Positions 16,266-30,127 of a DNA stretch of 64,000 bases are shown here, one piece after another. The number at the start of each line of letters is the position of its first letter. Positions within the stretch are counted from its first letter, which is position 1. The DNA is taken from NCBI GenBank assembly GCA_964016885.1, contig OZ024748.1, forward strand, positions 36,766,001 to 36,830,000, in the 5' to 3' direction. Made by a program: the position numbers and the translations under genes. The notes under the pieces were generated by a model that saw only the letters and a list, made by a program, of their open reading frames with translations, did no database searches and was not told where the DNA came from. The DNA comes from Eledone cirrhosa (Eukaryota).

Positions 16266-19200
16266 AAGCTATCTATTTATCTGTCTGTCTGTCTGTCTGT
16301 CTGGCCGTCTGTCTGCGTCTGTCTGTCTATCTGTATGTCCATATATCTATGGAAGCATTTCGGTGCTCTTCAAAAGTGAGGCCCTTGCGAAAAAATACTG
16401 TGACCCAGGTCACCTCTGCCACCTCTGCCACACACACCTTTTTCCCTACATACATGGGAAAAAGAACACAAAGAATAAACATCACCAATATACCACCCAA
16501 CATTAACATCTGGTGGATTCTGGCAGGGTTCTTGGAGGAGGATGATGACACAATACTGTCGATTCAAAAATCCACAAGAAACACCTGGAACGGCACAAGC
16601 TTGGAAATTTTGGTCCAAATGAAACCGGACATAATTTCCAAGATACCAGAAAGGGTACCAGTAGACAATACAAACTATATACAGATTTCAGCAGAAGCAG
16701 GAGGCCATATTGTTTCAAATACGCAAGCACATCGCATTTAAAGGCATCCTGTCCCCTCTTACGAACAAACACCACCACCCTCAAAAAAGTACTTTTACCA
16801 ACACCAACTCCAAAACCACAACAACAATACACAAAACAAACAAACACACAAAAACAAACAACTGTTTAACCACAAACAACAGAAAAAACAAACAATTCCC
16901 CTGAAAAACACAGTCCCACCCCATCCCACTCCATCCAACACTACCACAATCACACACACAAACACACCATCACCACACAACATACCCCTCCCACACGCCC
17001 CTGATGACGATTCATCACCAGACGAGGCTACTTCTCCATCCCCAAGTCAAGATGGAGAGCCTCGTAAATAAAATAAAAAAAGAGATACCACAAAGCCACA
17101 AAAACAACAATCACCAACACAAACACACAACCACCAACATAAATAACAACGCAAACACCACCACAGCAAAACAAACACCAGCAAAATAAACACCAACACC
17201 ACCCCAAACAGAAATGCCTACCATAAAAAGGAAAACTACAAAATGAACAACTAACCAAAACAACACAACAAAAACACAAACAACAATACAAATACATTAA
17301 CACAAACAACAAAAACCTAATGGAGGTCATCTCCCAAGACCCCAAAGTAGAAACTGAGGGGAAAACCTTTGTAAAAGCAGACTCTCAACCACACCTAAAA
17401 CTAATAAGGGTTTCGATAGAAACCTATCAGAAATTGTAACTGTTTTCACAGGACGTTGGCAACCCCTGCCAAAAACCAATAAACCGTATCCTGTTGAAAT
17501 GTTTTCCCACCCCACTCAACACCCCCACCAGAACTGAAATGGAGATTGAACAACCCGATCTCCAAGAAACGAAAAAGTAAGTGCACCTTTTCGCCCTTTT
17601 CGCCTACTCTTCTCCACCAACATGGCTAGTTTACGAGTTGGAAGCGTGAATGTGCGTGGCCTAAAGATGCCCTGGAAACAGGGCCAAATTTTAAACGACC
17701 TTAGGTCACACGGTATGGATGAAATAGCCATCACCGAGTCCAGGGTCCACAACAGGCACCAACTAACCCCCACCTTCAATGACTTTGAGATCTACGCATC
17801 TCTCTGTCAGCCGGGAGGTGGAGGGGGTGTGTCTGTCATGTTTCGGAAAACCTGGATCTCGAAGTACAGCAAGTACACTTGGACCCGGAGGGTAGACTGG
17901 TAGTCTAGATGTGAACAGTATTGGAGGTGGAGCCTTCAGACTGGTGGCCGTTTATGCCCCGACCGGGCAGTCACAATCGCGGCCAGACTTCTTTAAGCGT
18001 CTAGAGTCTTTTCTTGGAACGTCTCGCTCCTTGCTTTTAGTGGGGGACTGGAACGGTATCCTAGATGCACGACAGTAGAGCGGGGTGCAACAGCCTCAAA
18101 ACTTTAATCGGCCAAGTCCAACTGGCCGATAGGTATCGACTGGATTTCCCGACTGCACCACAGTAGAGGTGGGCAAACCGCAGCGGGACATCTAGATCGT
18201 ATTTACATAGGTTCTTCATTAGAGTAAGGGACAAGGAGATGTTAAGCTGTCCACGAATGCACATAGTTGCCTATTCAGATCACAAATTAGTCGTCTGCAT
18301 AGAACACATAGACAGGGACCCGGATACTGGAAGCTGAACGTGTCGCTGCCGGTACGTAAAGCTTACAGTAAACGGATAAGTAGACTAGTCAATCAACAGT
18401 TAACGGGAGACATCGTCAACAATGGATGGTGGTACTCTCTCAAGAGAGCAATTAGAGTAGAATCGATAGGGTTTAGCAGAGAATTAGCTTTAGAGAAAAA
18501 CTAATCAGAAACAGAACTAGTAGCCAAGGTAGAAGAGGCGCTTAGGAGTAGCAACGCAGCTAGAGTGCTAGCATCGAGAACGGCACTGGACCAGTTCTTC
18601 GACGCGAAACACGAAGGCTGTATGGTCAGAAATAAATCACGTGCTCTAGGAAACGAGGGAGCAAAAGCTGTTAGCTGGGCCCGAGTGGCGGAAGCAAAAA
18701 GTGAAAGACCAAAACGGACGCGTGTTACTTGACCCCAGGCAGATGTGCGCGGCCTTTCAGCGGCACTTTGCGCGACTGTTTGAGCAGAACGACGGTGCAC
18801 CGAACGGGGCAATGGACTTTGGTTCATACCTCGACGGCCTGCCACGTCTCTCGAGCATGGACGCCGAGTTCTGCGAAAGACCGATCACGGACACTGAGAT
18901 ACGGGACGCTCTGAGCCGCTGCGAGAAACGCAAATCACCCGGTCTAGATGGTCTACCCTATGAGTTTTACATTGGCATGCCGGACTTGTTCTCTGGCGTC
19001 CTCGAAGCCGTCTACTGCAATTGGCAGCAGAACAGGACAATTCCCAGTTCTGCAGGCAAGGGTGTAGTAACGCTGATCAGGAGAGACGAGAACGAGGAGG
19101 ACGAAATAAACAATTTCAGGCCCATAACTATGCTCAACACAGAGTTAAAGATGTTGGCCAAGGTGCTAGCAATGAGGCTGGCGCTTGTCGTCGAAAACCT

Positions 19201-21180
19201 CATGCGATTAGTCATAGAGAGGGTGGGGTGTAAACCCGGCTTCGGTGGGGCTCTGATCAACTTAGATCAGTCTAAGGAATTCGATAGGGTCGACCATCAA
19301 TACTTGGAAGCAGTTCTCAAGGCGGCCGGTTTCGGTCCCGTTTTCAGGGGCTGGATCAAGGCGATGCACACCAGCATCTGCTCGAAGGTCAAGGTGAACG
19401 GAGCCGTTCGCAATCACGCATTCCATTCGACAACGATGCCCTCTCTCCTCCATTCTGTACGTATTGACTCTAGAGCCACTACTGCGGAGCTTTTGCAGGG
19501 CATCCCTTTAGAACCGGGACTGCGAAAAGCGGCGTCGGCTTATGCCGACGATGTGACGGTAATGGTGTCGAAAACTTCGGAAATAGAGGTAATCGGCAAC
19601 CTACTACAGGAATAAAAAGGTTCACAGGAGCAAAACTGAACCCGGACAAGTCTGTCGGTTTGCAACTCGGAACGTGGAGAAGCAAACCGATGCCGTCGGA
19701 CAGCATCGTCGGACGCTGGACGGAAGGACCGGTGAAATTGCTCGGGGTCTGGTTCGGTCCAGATCTCCAGGTGGAGTAAAACTGGAACGAGGTCATTGCG
19801 CTCACCAAGAGATATTTGCGCTCACCCTGAAGTGGGAAGAGTGCAAGCTGTCTTTGAAAGATCGAGTGGAGGTGGCGAACACTTTCATAGCATCCGTCAT
19901 CTACTATCGCTTGACTGTCCTGCCTTGTCCCCGTGAATACCTCACCAAGACGGAACGCATGCTCTTCCAGTTCCTGTGGAAGAAGCAGGCTCCACTGGTG
20001 AGGAGATCCGTCTGCTGTCAACACCCTTCCAACGGAGGGCTAGGCATGCCGTGGCTAATGATGTGCAAACATGCGCTGAGGCTACGGCATCTCCAGGTAT
20101 TCCTCACCGACCAACCGGTGTGGGCACCGTTTGTGGGACAGGCCTTCCCACAACTTGTCTCGCTGACGGAGATGCAGTTCTCGGTGAAGTGAAGACTGAA
20201 GAAGATGGGCGCCTGGCACATTGAATGCGCCCAGGCGCTCACAGTCCTCTGTCAAGCAGGCACAACAATCAGTGGAGACTCCACTTCGACATTCTATAGA
20301 AGGTTAGTACTTTACAAGTGCGACGACGTGCTCGGGGAGACTCGAGGCGTCGACGTCGACGAGCTCACCAGTCTGTTCGGTAGGACTTTCCGACCGGGAC
20401 CCATTGACAACTTCCAGGGGGCCCTGGCCTTGCAGTGCTACTGAGGAGCTCTACCCGTTCGAGATAAGATCTACAGGCACGGACGCCCCGGCAGGGATCC
20501 TTCCAAGAGGACGTGTCCAAGATGCAAGCAGGACACTGAAACCGTCTTGCACGTAATTGTACACTGTCCGGGCGTAACCTACCTGTAGAACTATGCAGAA
20601 CAACTGCTGTCGCGTATGGAACAAATCCAGTTGACTGCCGAGTCCATAGTAAGGATCAAACCGCCAGCCTCTTTCAAAAACGAAAGAGAGAAGGTTTTTC
20701 TCTGTACAGTGGCTATAGTGAAAGAGGTTATATGGTGGACGAGATTGAGAGGACTGAGAACAGATGCCTTTCTCTCCGGACAACAATTGATTCCCTTCTT
20801 TAAGTATCACTTTAGAAGGAGAATCAGAGTGGAGAGAGAGGCACTGTACCCCAGTAAATTTACTGAAAGGTGGGTGAATGAAGCGAAAATGGCCCGAGTG
20901 ATTGGGCCTTCTCTGTTTATAAGCCTGTAGGTTAAAGAAGAGAGCAAAAGGAAGGGAACACTTGCACAACACGCTCCTGAAGTTGAGGGTTGTTCTATCG
21001 ACGGGGTATTAAACAACCCATTTGTGACGCCTCACCCTATTGGTGATTTCGATTGTTATAATTGTTTGTTTCAATAATTTTACACGACTGTATGTAAAAT
21101 CCCCAGTATGTGTCTTTGTATTGTCCCCCTTTCTTGTGCGCCCTTGTGGCAAATAAAGAAATATATCTATCTATCTATCC

Positions 21181-21258
<78 letters not shown>

Positions 21259-21652
21259 TTTCACAGCTTGGCAGTGATACCATGAGCCGGTTTTCTACCA
21301 GGTTAGGGAATAACACCAACCGGAAAGAAGTATTAACCATGATAGGTTTATTACTCCCGGGGTCAGTAGTACTTTACTACGGTGATGAATTAGACATGAC
21401 CGATTCTACTGGTCAAAAGGTCAAATCTCGGACATCAAGATCACACCCTTGGCGGACACCAATGAAATGGGACAATATTTCTACCGAATATTCTTTCTCA
21501 AATTCTAGTTGTGGCCAAGCCCCTAGTAGCAATGGGATGAATGTTGAGGTAAGGACACTGCTAAAGTTCTTTTTGATTTCCTCTAGGGTGAGTTATTGCA
21601 GTTGCTTTCCTTTACACACATACGCGCGCGCTCACACATACATACACACACA

Positions 21653-21742
<90 letters not shown>

Positions 21743-23252
21743 CAAAGAGGATGTGGTAAGATACCAGGTGGATCATAACGCACCAGAGTACTCAATACTT
21801 AGGGCAGTAGAGTGGGTAATAGGAAAAAAGTATTTTCCCATATATATATATAGAGAGAGGGGGGTGTAGATAGATGTGTATATATATATATTGTTATACT
21901 TGGGGAGGGTCATATTGTTGTAATAATATTGCCAGAATTAATAACAGAACAGACTCACTGTTTTGTTGGTTTTCGCTTCTGTATATTTTATATCAGTTAA
22001 TTTATTCGATCCTCAATGTTTACCATTGACTGACCAACGGTCAAAAATACAGATATAATATAGATATAAACACAATATAATATAGATATACACACAATAT
22101 AGATATAAACACAAAGTTCTTTCGTTGCACATCTGCAACATCGTCAGTAGCGCTATGATTATGTTCCTCCTGTTGTATTGTATATCTACGCCATCTTTAT
22201 TTAAAACTGCTTATTTATTTATTTATTTATTTGTGTCTTCTTCACTGCACATGCGTTTGCGTGTGTGTATAGTGTTGTTATTCCATTCATTTTTCTGTTT
22301 AGCTTTGGCCTTCTAAGTTCTATTTCACTTGCCTCTCTGATTTGCCTGTCTGCTGGGTCACTTCTGAAAGGCCCTAAGAAAGACCCACTTAAAGATTAAG
22401 GTGGTAGAAAAGCCAGGAACTACCATAAAATCCCTGATCTGCAAAACATACCCTTTTAAGAAAACCCACTGTACTAATAGGAAATGTATTATATGTAAAG
22501 TAAAACCCCGGATAAACTGTAAAACTACAAACGTAGTCTATAGCATAAGATGTACAGAAGGTACTTGCAGAAACATGATAACAACATGACGGTAACATAG
22601 ACAACATAGAAATTAAAATAATATCTAAACATAGAAATGACCCAGCAGATAGGCAAATCAGAGAGGCAAGTGAAATAGAACTTAGAAGGTCAAAGCTAAA
22701 CAGAAAAAATGAATGGAATAACAACACCCAAACAAACAATACTGACCTAAGAGAAATATAAATAAACAAATAAATATATACACAAGCACAATAACAACAA
22801 ACACATATAAACACACACTAGTAAACTAAGATAGAATACAATAACCAAAACACAGTCACCCAAACGCGAACACACACCAAATACTATACACACACGCAAA
22901 CGCATGCGCAGAGAAGAAGACAAAAATAAATAAACAGATTAAATAAAGATGGCGTAGATATACAATACAACAGGAGGAACATAATAATAGCACCACTGAC
23001 GATGTTGCAGATGTGCAACGAAAGAACTTTGTTAGACTATATATATGTGTTTGTATCTATATTATATCTGTATTTTTTTACCGTTGATCAGTCAATGGTA
23101 AACGTTGAGGACGGAATAAATTAACTGATATAAGATACAGAAGCGAAAACCAACCAAACAGTGAGTGTGTTCTGTTATTAATTCTGGCAATATTATTACA
23201 AGTATAACAATATTTGTTTCGACACACGATTTCATATCAAAAACCTCGCAAA

Positions 23253-23341
<89 letters not shown>

Positions 23342-23800
23342 TAAACGGAATAGAAAATGCTGACAAATTGTTCACAGTTGAAAAATGGTTTAATTAGGAA
23401 TAAAAGAGTATTAGTGATTGTATGGGTTAGTATTCAGTTGTGGTTTTAAGTTTTTAAGTTTTTACCGGTTGCGCATTTCTAAATGCTTTTCAAAAATAAT
23501 TTTGAGATAGAGTGTCCGTGCTGTTTGCTCTGATCTGATTAGTTTTGGGAATTCTACCTGTTTTTATGTTAAAAAAGTGGCTCCAATTTGCAAAAATTCT
23601 TGTGGTCAAAACAATTTTGATTGGTCGGTAGAGGTCATGTGAATGTAAAAAATTGATTTTGCGCCAAGACTGTTTTTATGTTAAAAAAGTGGCTCCAGCA
23701 AAAATTCTTGTGGTCAAAACAATTTTGATTGGTCGGTAGAGGTCATGTGAATAAAAAATTGGTTTTGCGCCAAGATTGAGAAATGGCTCTTTCACAACAA

Positions 23801-23858
<58 letters not shown>

Positions 23859-23927
23859 TAGTAGTAGTAAGGTGTTCGATGTTGTGATAATGGTTAGCAG
23901 CGATGTGTGTCAAATGGCTATTAAGAT

Positions 23928-23997
<70 letters not shown>

Positions 23998-24338
23998 CAG
24001 AGTAATTCGTGATGGCAGGGATGGTCAGTAAGAATGTGTCTGAAAGCAATGGGGGTATTTTAGCATGTCAAAAGATATTTTTCAGCTTTTGTCTTACGGA
24101 GAAGTGCGTGTGTGTGTGTGTGTGTGTGTATATATAAGTCTCTTTGTATGTTGATGTACGCGTGTGTATGTGTGTGTGGGGGTGGGGTGGGGGGGGACCA
24201 GTATTTTTTCCCCCTGGTAAAATGGTGTACATTATTAGATTTTTTCAGTAAAATCGGTTCTCTTAATAGAACATCAAAAATCTTAACAAAAAAAGGTGTG
24301 AAATGATATTCACTATATATATATACACATACATATAT

Positions 24339-24400
<62 letters not shown>

Positions 24401-26180
24401 TACATATATATATGCACATATATATTTTTTTTTTTGTGTTGCACCATAGAGCATGTGTGTTTACGTATGTCATTGTGTTTATATGTGGGTAGAGATGTGT
24501 GCTGATGTAGGTATGTATGTTGACGTGTGTATGTTGTGGGTTCGTCTTAGGGAGAAGTGTTTAGACGGGGTCCGTATTTGTTAATGAAGTAAGATTCCTT
24601 GCTGATGCGCTGGGTGTGGGTGGCATTATCTTTAAATTTGTAGAGGGGAAAGATTCTGAAGTTGGGATGATTTTGGGCGGCACAGGTATCAATGTGTTCA
24701 CTCAGTGGTATTTTCCTGTATTCCCGTATTTTGATTTGGGATCTATGGACAGTCATGCGTTGGCGGAGGCTGTTTTTGGTCTGGCCTATGTATTGTTCTC
24801 GACAACCTGAACAAGTTAATACATATATTAGATTTTCCGATGCACATGTGAAATTGTGTTTTACTATAAAACGTTGTCCATCTTTGAAATAGAATTCCGA
24901 ACCCTCTATTAGGTTGATGCAAATGCCACAGTTGGGTCTATCGCATTTTTTTACTGTGGGTTTCGTTGTTGTGGTTGGCAGTACTTTGGCATGTGTTAAG
25001 ATGTTTTCATTGACTTGGATTGTCTTTTGCTCTTTATGATATCGTGTGTTCGTAGAATTTGGTTCATTCTATGGTCCTTTTTCAATACAGGGATGTTCTG
25101 GAGGATGGTGTCAAAGGCCTCATTGTTGAGGGGGTTGTGTGTGGAGGTGTATGGAAGAGTTTTTAGTTTTGGTTGATTTACTTTAGGGTGTCTAAGGTCC
25201 TGGAATCCAACGTGCCCTAAAACTCAGTACCCAGGACCTTAGACACCCTAAAGTAAATCAACCAAAACTAAAAGCTCTTCCATACATCTCCACACACAAC
25301 CCCTCAACAATGAGGCCTTTGACACCATCCTCCAGAACATCCCTGTATTGAAAAAGGACCATAGAATGAACCAAATTCTACGAACACACGATATCATAAA
25401 GAGCAAAAATTAGAAATTAAATTTAAAAAAAAAGGGAGAAAGGAAAAAGGATAAAAAGAAGAAAGATAGGGGACCTCTAACGACATAGAATGAGTAAATT
25501 GTATAATATAATATACTGAAATAAGGTAGAAAGATGGGTATATTTGTAAAAGATATAAAAGCCTTTGAGAAAAGATTTTAAACTAATCAGGTATTGAGAT
25601 ATTAGCTGTATACTTTATGGAAAGTTCTATGGGATTATGCAAGCAGAGCGAAAATAAATCCGTACGTCTATTTATTATAAAATTAAAATTAGATATAATG
25701 GTAAATTTCTCGGCTCGGCAGAGATTACATGTTCTGGATAGGGAAGAATTCCGGTACGAAAGGCGTTGCAAACCTTCCTCCAAGAGATGTTATAGTTAAT
25801 ATTTTTGTCTTTTAAGGACCATATGAGTTCCGAGAGTGTCGTGTTAGTTCTTTTAAGTTGGTATTTAAAAGACGATTTGTGATTATAAAATCTTGCTTTA
25901 AAGGAAGTGGAAGTGGAACCGAAATAGGCAAAAGAATTAGTACCAGTTATAACCTTACATTCATACACTAAGTTTATATCAAGACATTGGTTATTAAGAT
26001 GACATTTAGTTCTAACAGGGCAATTATAATTACGATTAGAGAAATTAACAGAGTTATATTATATTATATATACTCCAGTCCTATAAACTGTGGAGTGCTA
26101 CTTATCCGAGATTTGCAATGCTTTATTGTGCTACAATAAAACTCACCTCCTACATATATATATATATATATAGATAGATG

Positions 26181-26271
<91 letters not shown>

Positions 26272-27411
26272 GATATTCCATTTGTTGGTAATTCAACAAA
26301 TATAAATGTTTATAACTGATTTAGAGCACTCAATAGATTTTCTGTAGTATAATATACATTGATATTAAATAAATGGAAACTATATTTATAAAACCATATT
26401 TATTCTATTATATATATTTCAAGGGTACCAAAATTTTGGTACGCTATCATCAGATAAAATACAAAATGTTTTTTTTTATATTTGACATAACCAAGGATAA
26501 TATACCTTAACGGTTCAAGTTATCCAGGGATAACTTGAACCGTTAAGGTATATTATCCTTGGTTATGTCAAATATTTAAAAAAACATTTTGTATTTTATC
26601 TGATAATAGCGTACCAAAATTTTGGTACCCTTGAAATATATATAATAGAATAAATATGGCTTTATAAATATAGTTTCAATTTATTTAATATCAATGTTTA
26701 TATATATATGTATATGTAGAAGGTGAGTAATATTGTAGAACAATAAAACTGCATATATCAGATAAATAGCACTCAACAGTTGGTAGAACTGGAGTATATA
26801 TTAAAGAAGAAATTAAAAGATGGTTAAAAAGTTCCATATATTTTATTATACGCATTTCGAAAACAACATCATCCTGGGACAAAAATTGTGTTCTCATCAG
26901 ATAAAATAAGGTAACATGATATGAGGCCTAAAAACACTTGTCAACAAGAAAGTGTTCAGTCTATATATGACAAAAATATAAGAGTAAGAGAAAAATAGGA
27001 AAAATGAAGAAAAGGAAAGAAGGAAAAAAGGAAAAAGAAATAGAAGAGAGGAAAAAAAGGAAAGAAGGAAGAAAGAGAGAGACTTTTGATCAGGAACGCT
27101 GTCAAGATGAAAACAACTGTAAATAACAGGTAAAAAATAAATTGATGAGGTGTATGTGCGAATATTATAGATAGTATTCAAATATTAGAGGTCTCAAATA
27201 TAGAAACTGGGTATATTATTTTATATTGGGTTTAAATACTAAAACTTGGATTAAGAAGTGTAAAAATGTATTAATAATATAAAATGAAATTAAATTAAAA
27301 TAATTATAAAAAAGGTTTTTAAAAAAAGTTTTTAAAAAAATAAATAAAATAAAATAAGATAGAATAAAAAAAAAACAACCTTTTTTATAATAATTTTAAT
27401 TTAATAGATAG

Positions 27412-27456
<45 letters not shown>

Positions 27457-28106
27457 GTCAAGAATGCATAGAAATTCCTTTAAGTTATTTACATTGTCCC
27501 AACCTGTTTCACAACTTCGTAGCAATCATGGGTTTACAAATGATTTCAAGTACCTTTTCTTCATTATTATCTAATAATAATAAACACAACATCAACATCA
27601 TCAGGTAACGTATTAATAATGTATTTCTGGCCGCAGGAAGCCAAGTCAAATTCAACGTCAATGTTGAATTTTATAAAGAAACTTATGAAACTACGAAAAG
27701 AAGATGCCTTCCGCTGGAGCCGTGCTTCAGACATACAGTATGGGCCAGATAACGATCAGATCTTCTCGTTTGTACGAGGGTTTGATGGTGTAAACTGGTG
27801 AGTATTTACTTTCTCTCATTTCTCTTCCTTTAATTTTCTCTATTTCTTTATATGCCACATCACCCCTGCCTTTACAAAACTATGCGTGTATAAGTGTATT
27901 TGTGTCTTTATGTGTTTATATATGTATATATATATATATATGTGTATATGTATATATATATGTGTTGTGTGTGTATATATATATATATTTATATGTTTGT
28001 ATATGTATGTGTGTTTTTTATGTATATATATGTATATGTATGTATATGTATGTGTATGTGTGTATATGTGTATATATATGTATGTACGTGTGTATATATG
28101 TATGTA

Positions 28107-28155
<49 letters not shown>

Positions 28156-28174
28156 ATGTATATGTATGTATATG

Positions 28175-28205
<31 letters not shown>

Positions 28206-29225
28206 GTATGTATGTGTATATATATGTGTATGTGTATATATATATATGTATGTACGTACGTGTGTATGTATATATATATGTGTATGTGTGTATGTGTATG
28301 TATGTGTGTATATGTAAATGTATGTATATATATATATGTATATATATGTGTATATATATGTGTATATATGTGTATATATATATGTATGTATGTATATATG
28401 TATATGTATATTTATGTGTATATGTATGTATGTGTGTGTGTATATATATATGTATATAAATATGTGTATGTATGTGTATGTGTATAATATATATATATAT
28501 ATACATATATTATATGTGTATATAAGTATATATGTATGTATATGTATGTATATATGTATATTCATCTGTGTGTGTGTGTGTATGTGTTTGTAGACACCTG
28601 AAATATAGCCTATGAGAAACTTGACAATAAGGACAGACACCCAATATTTGAACTTCTTTATAGAATTCTTTCAGCACGTGTGTGTGTGAGTATGTATCTA
28701 ATATGTGAATGTATGAGTGTGTGTATGTTAATATACACGTGTGTGCGTGTATCTAATGATGTGTGAATGTATATGTATGTGTGTGTATGTGTGTATATAT
28801 GTTTATGTATCAGTGTGTATGTGTGTATATGTGTTTGTATGTGTATATATGTATGTGTGTGTATGTGTATATATGTGTATATATGTGTGTATGTGTATAT
28901 GCGTGTGTATGTGTATATATGTATGTGTGTATATGTGTATATATGTATGTGTGTATGTGTATATATGTGTGTATGTGTATGTGTATGTGTGTGTAGTGTG
29001 GGGGTCTTAAACTTAATATACTATATATTATTATCACTCTAAATATAAATTATAGCTTTAAAGAATTAGCTTTTAAAGAATTCCCTTTTCTTTCAACCAA
29101 TGACCTCCACCCATCCCACTCCCCACCCTCTCCTACCACTAGAAAACATATAAATACCACCATATTTACTTGGACAGTCAGATTCCTGATGATTTCTCAC
29201 GAATAAAACAGTTCTAGTCCTGTAG

Positions 29226-29306
<81 letters not shown>

Positions 29307-30083
29307 TTAAAGTATATGATAAACACGAAATGTGTTTACATTGCAACAGACAAAGTTAGCTATTAATGAAATAAACTAATAAAAGTGAATACAATTTGTC
29401 TGTCTCGATACAAATCAATAAAGACAAGGTTATATTGGCAACTGCCATGATTCCTGGACATATTTAAATTTCAAAATTCAAACCTGTTCTGTAGACGAAT
29501 TTGAACCTCGAAACCCAAATAAGTTTCGCAATGGTGGAATGTGAATTGAAAAATAAAGTGAATCGAAATGGAATAGAAATAAAAGAGTGAAATATCCAAA
29601 TCATCTGTGCATATCAACAGGAATCCAGTAAGATTAGTCTATCACACATCAAAAATTTTGCAGGACTGACTACACGTGGGTAGGCAGGCCAAAACTAGCT
29701 ATCCCACATTCACGGTGCTAGAAATAACAGCCGCTTATGCAGGATTAAGGATCAGCTCTTACAATAAAGGAGCTATACATTATATTATATTTTGAGAATA
29801 AACTCTCAGTCGTTTACAATAATTAAGCTCCAGGAAGGGGCTCTTCCGAGCAGTTAAATACATTTAAAGTATATGATAAACACGAAATGTGTTTACATTG
29901 CAACAGACAAAGTTAGCTATTAATGAAATAAACTAATAAAAGTGAATACAATTTGTCTGTCTCGATACAAGTCAATAAAGACAAGGTTATATTGGCAACT
30001 GCCATGATTCCTGGACATATTTAAATTTCAAAATTCAAACCTGGAGCTTAATTATTGTAAACGACTGAGAGTTTATTCTCAAA

Positions 30084-30127
<44 letters not shown>

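Noticed and set aside
17001-17030. CTGATGA in LINE ORF1 as an HHR
   Set aside because: Encodes PDDDSS; no GAAA or stems
27840-29042. Long Y/I/H/T/C/V-rich ORFs
   Set aside because: Translations of dinucleotide repeats
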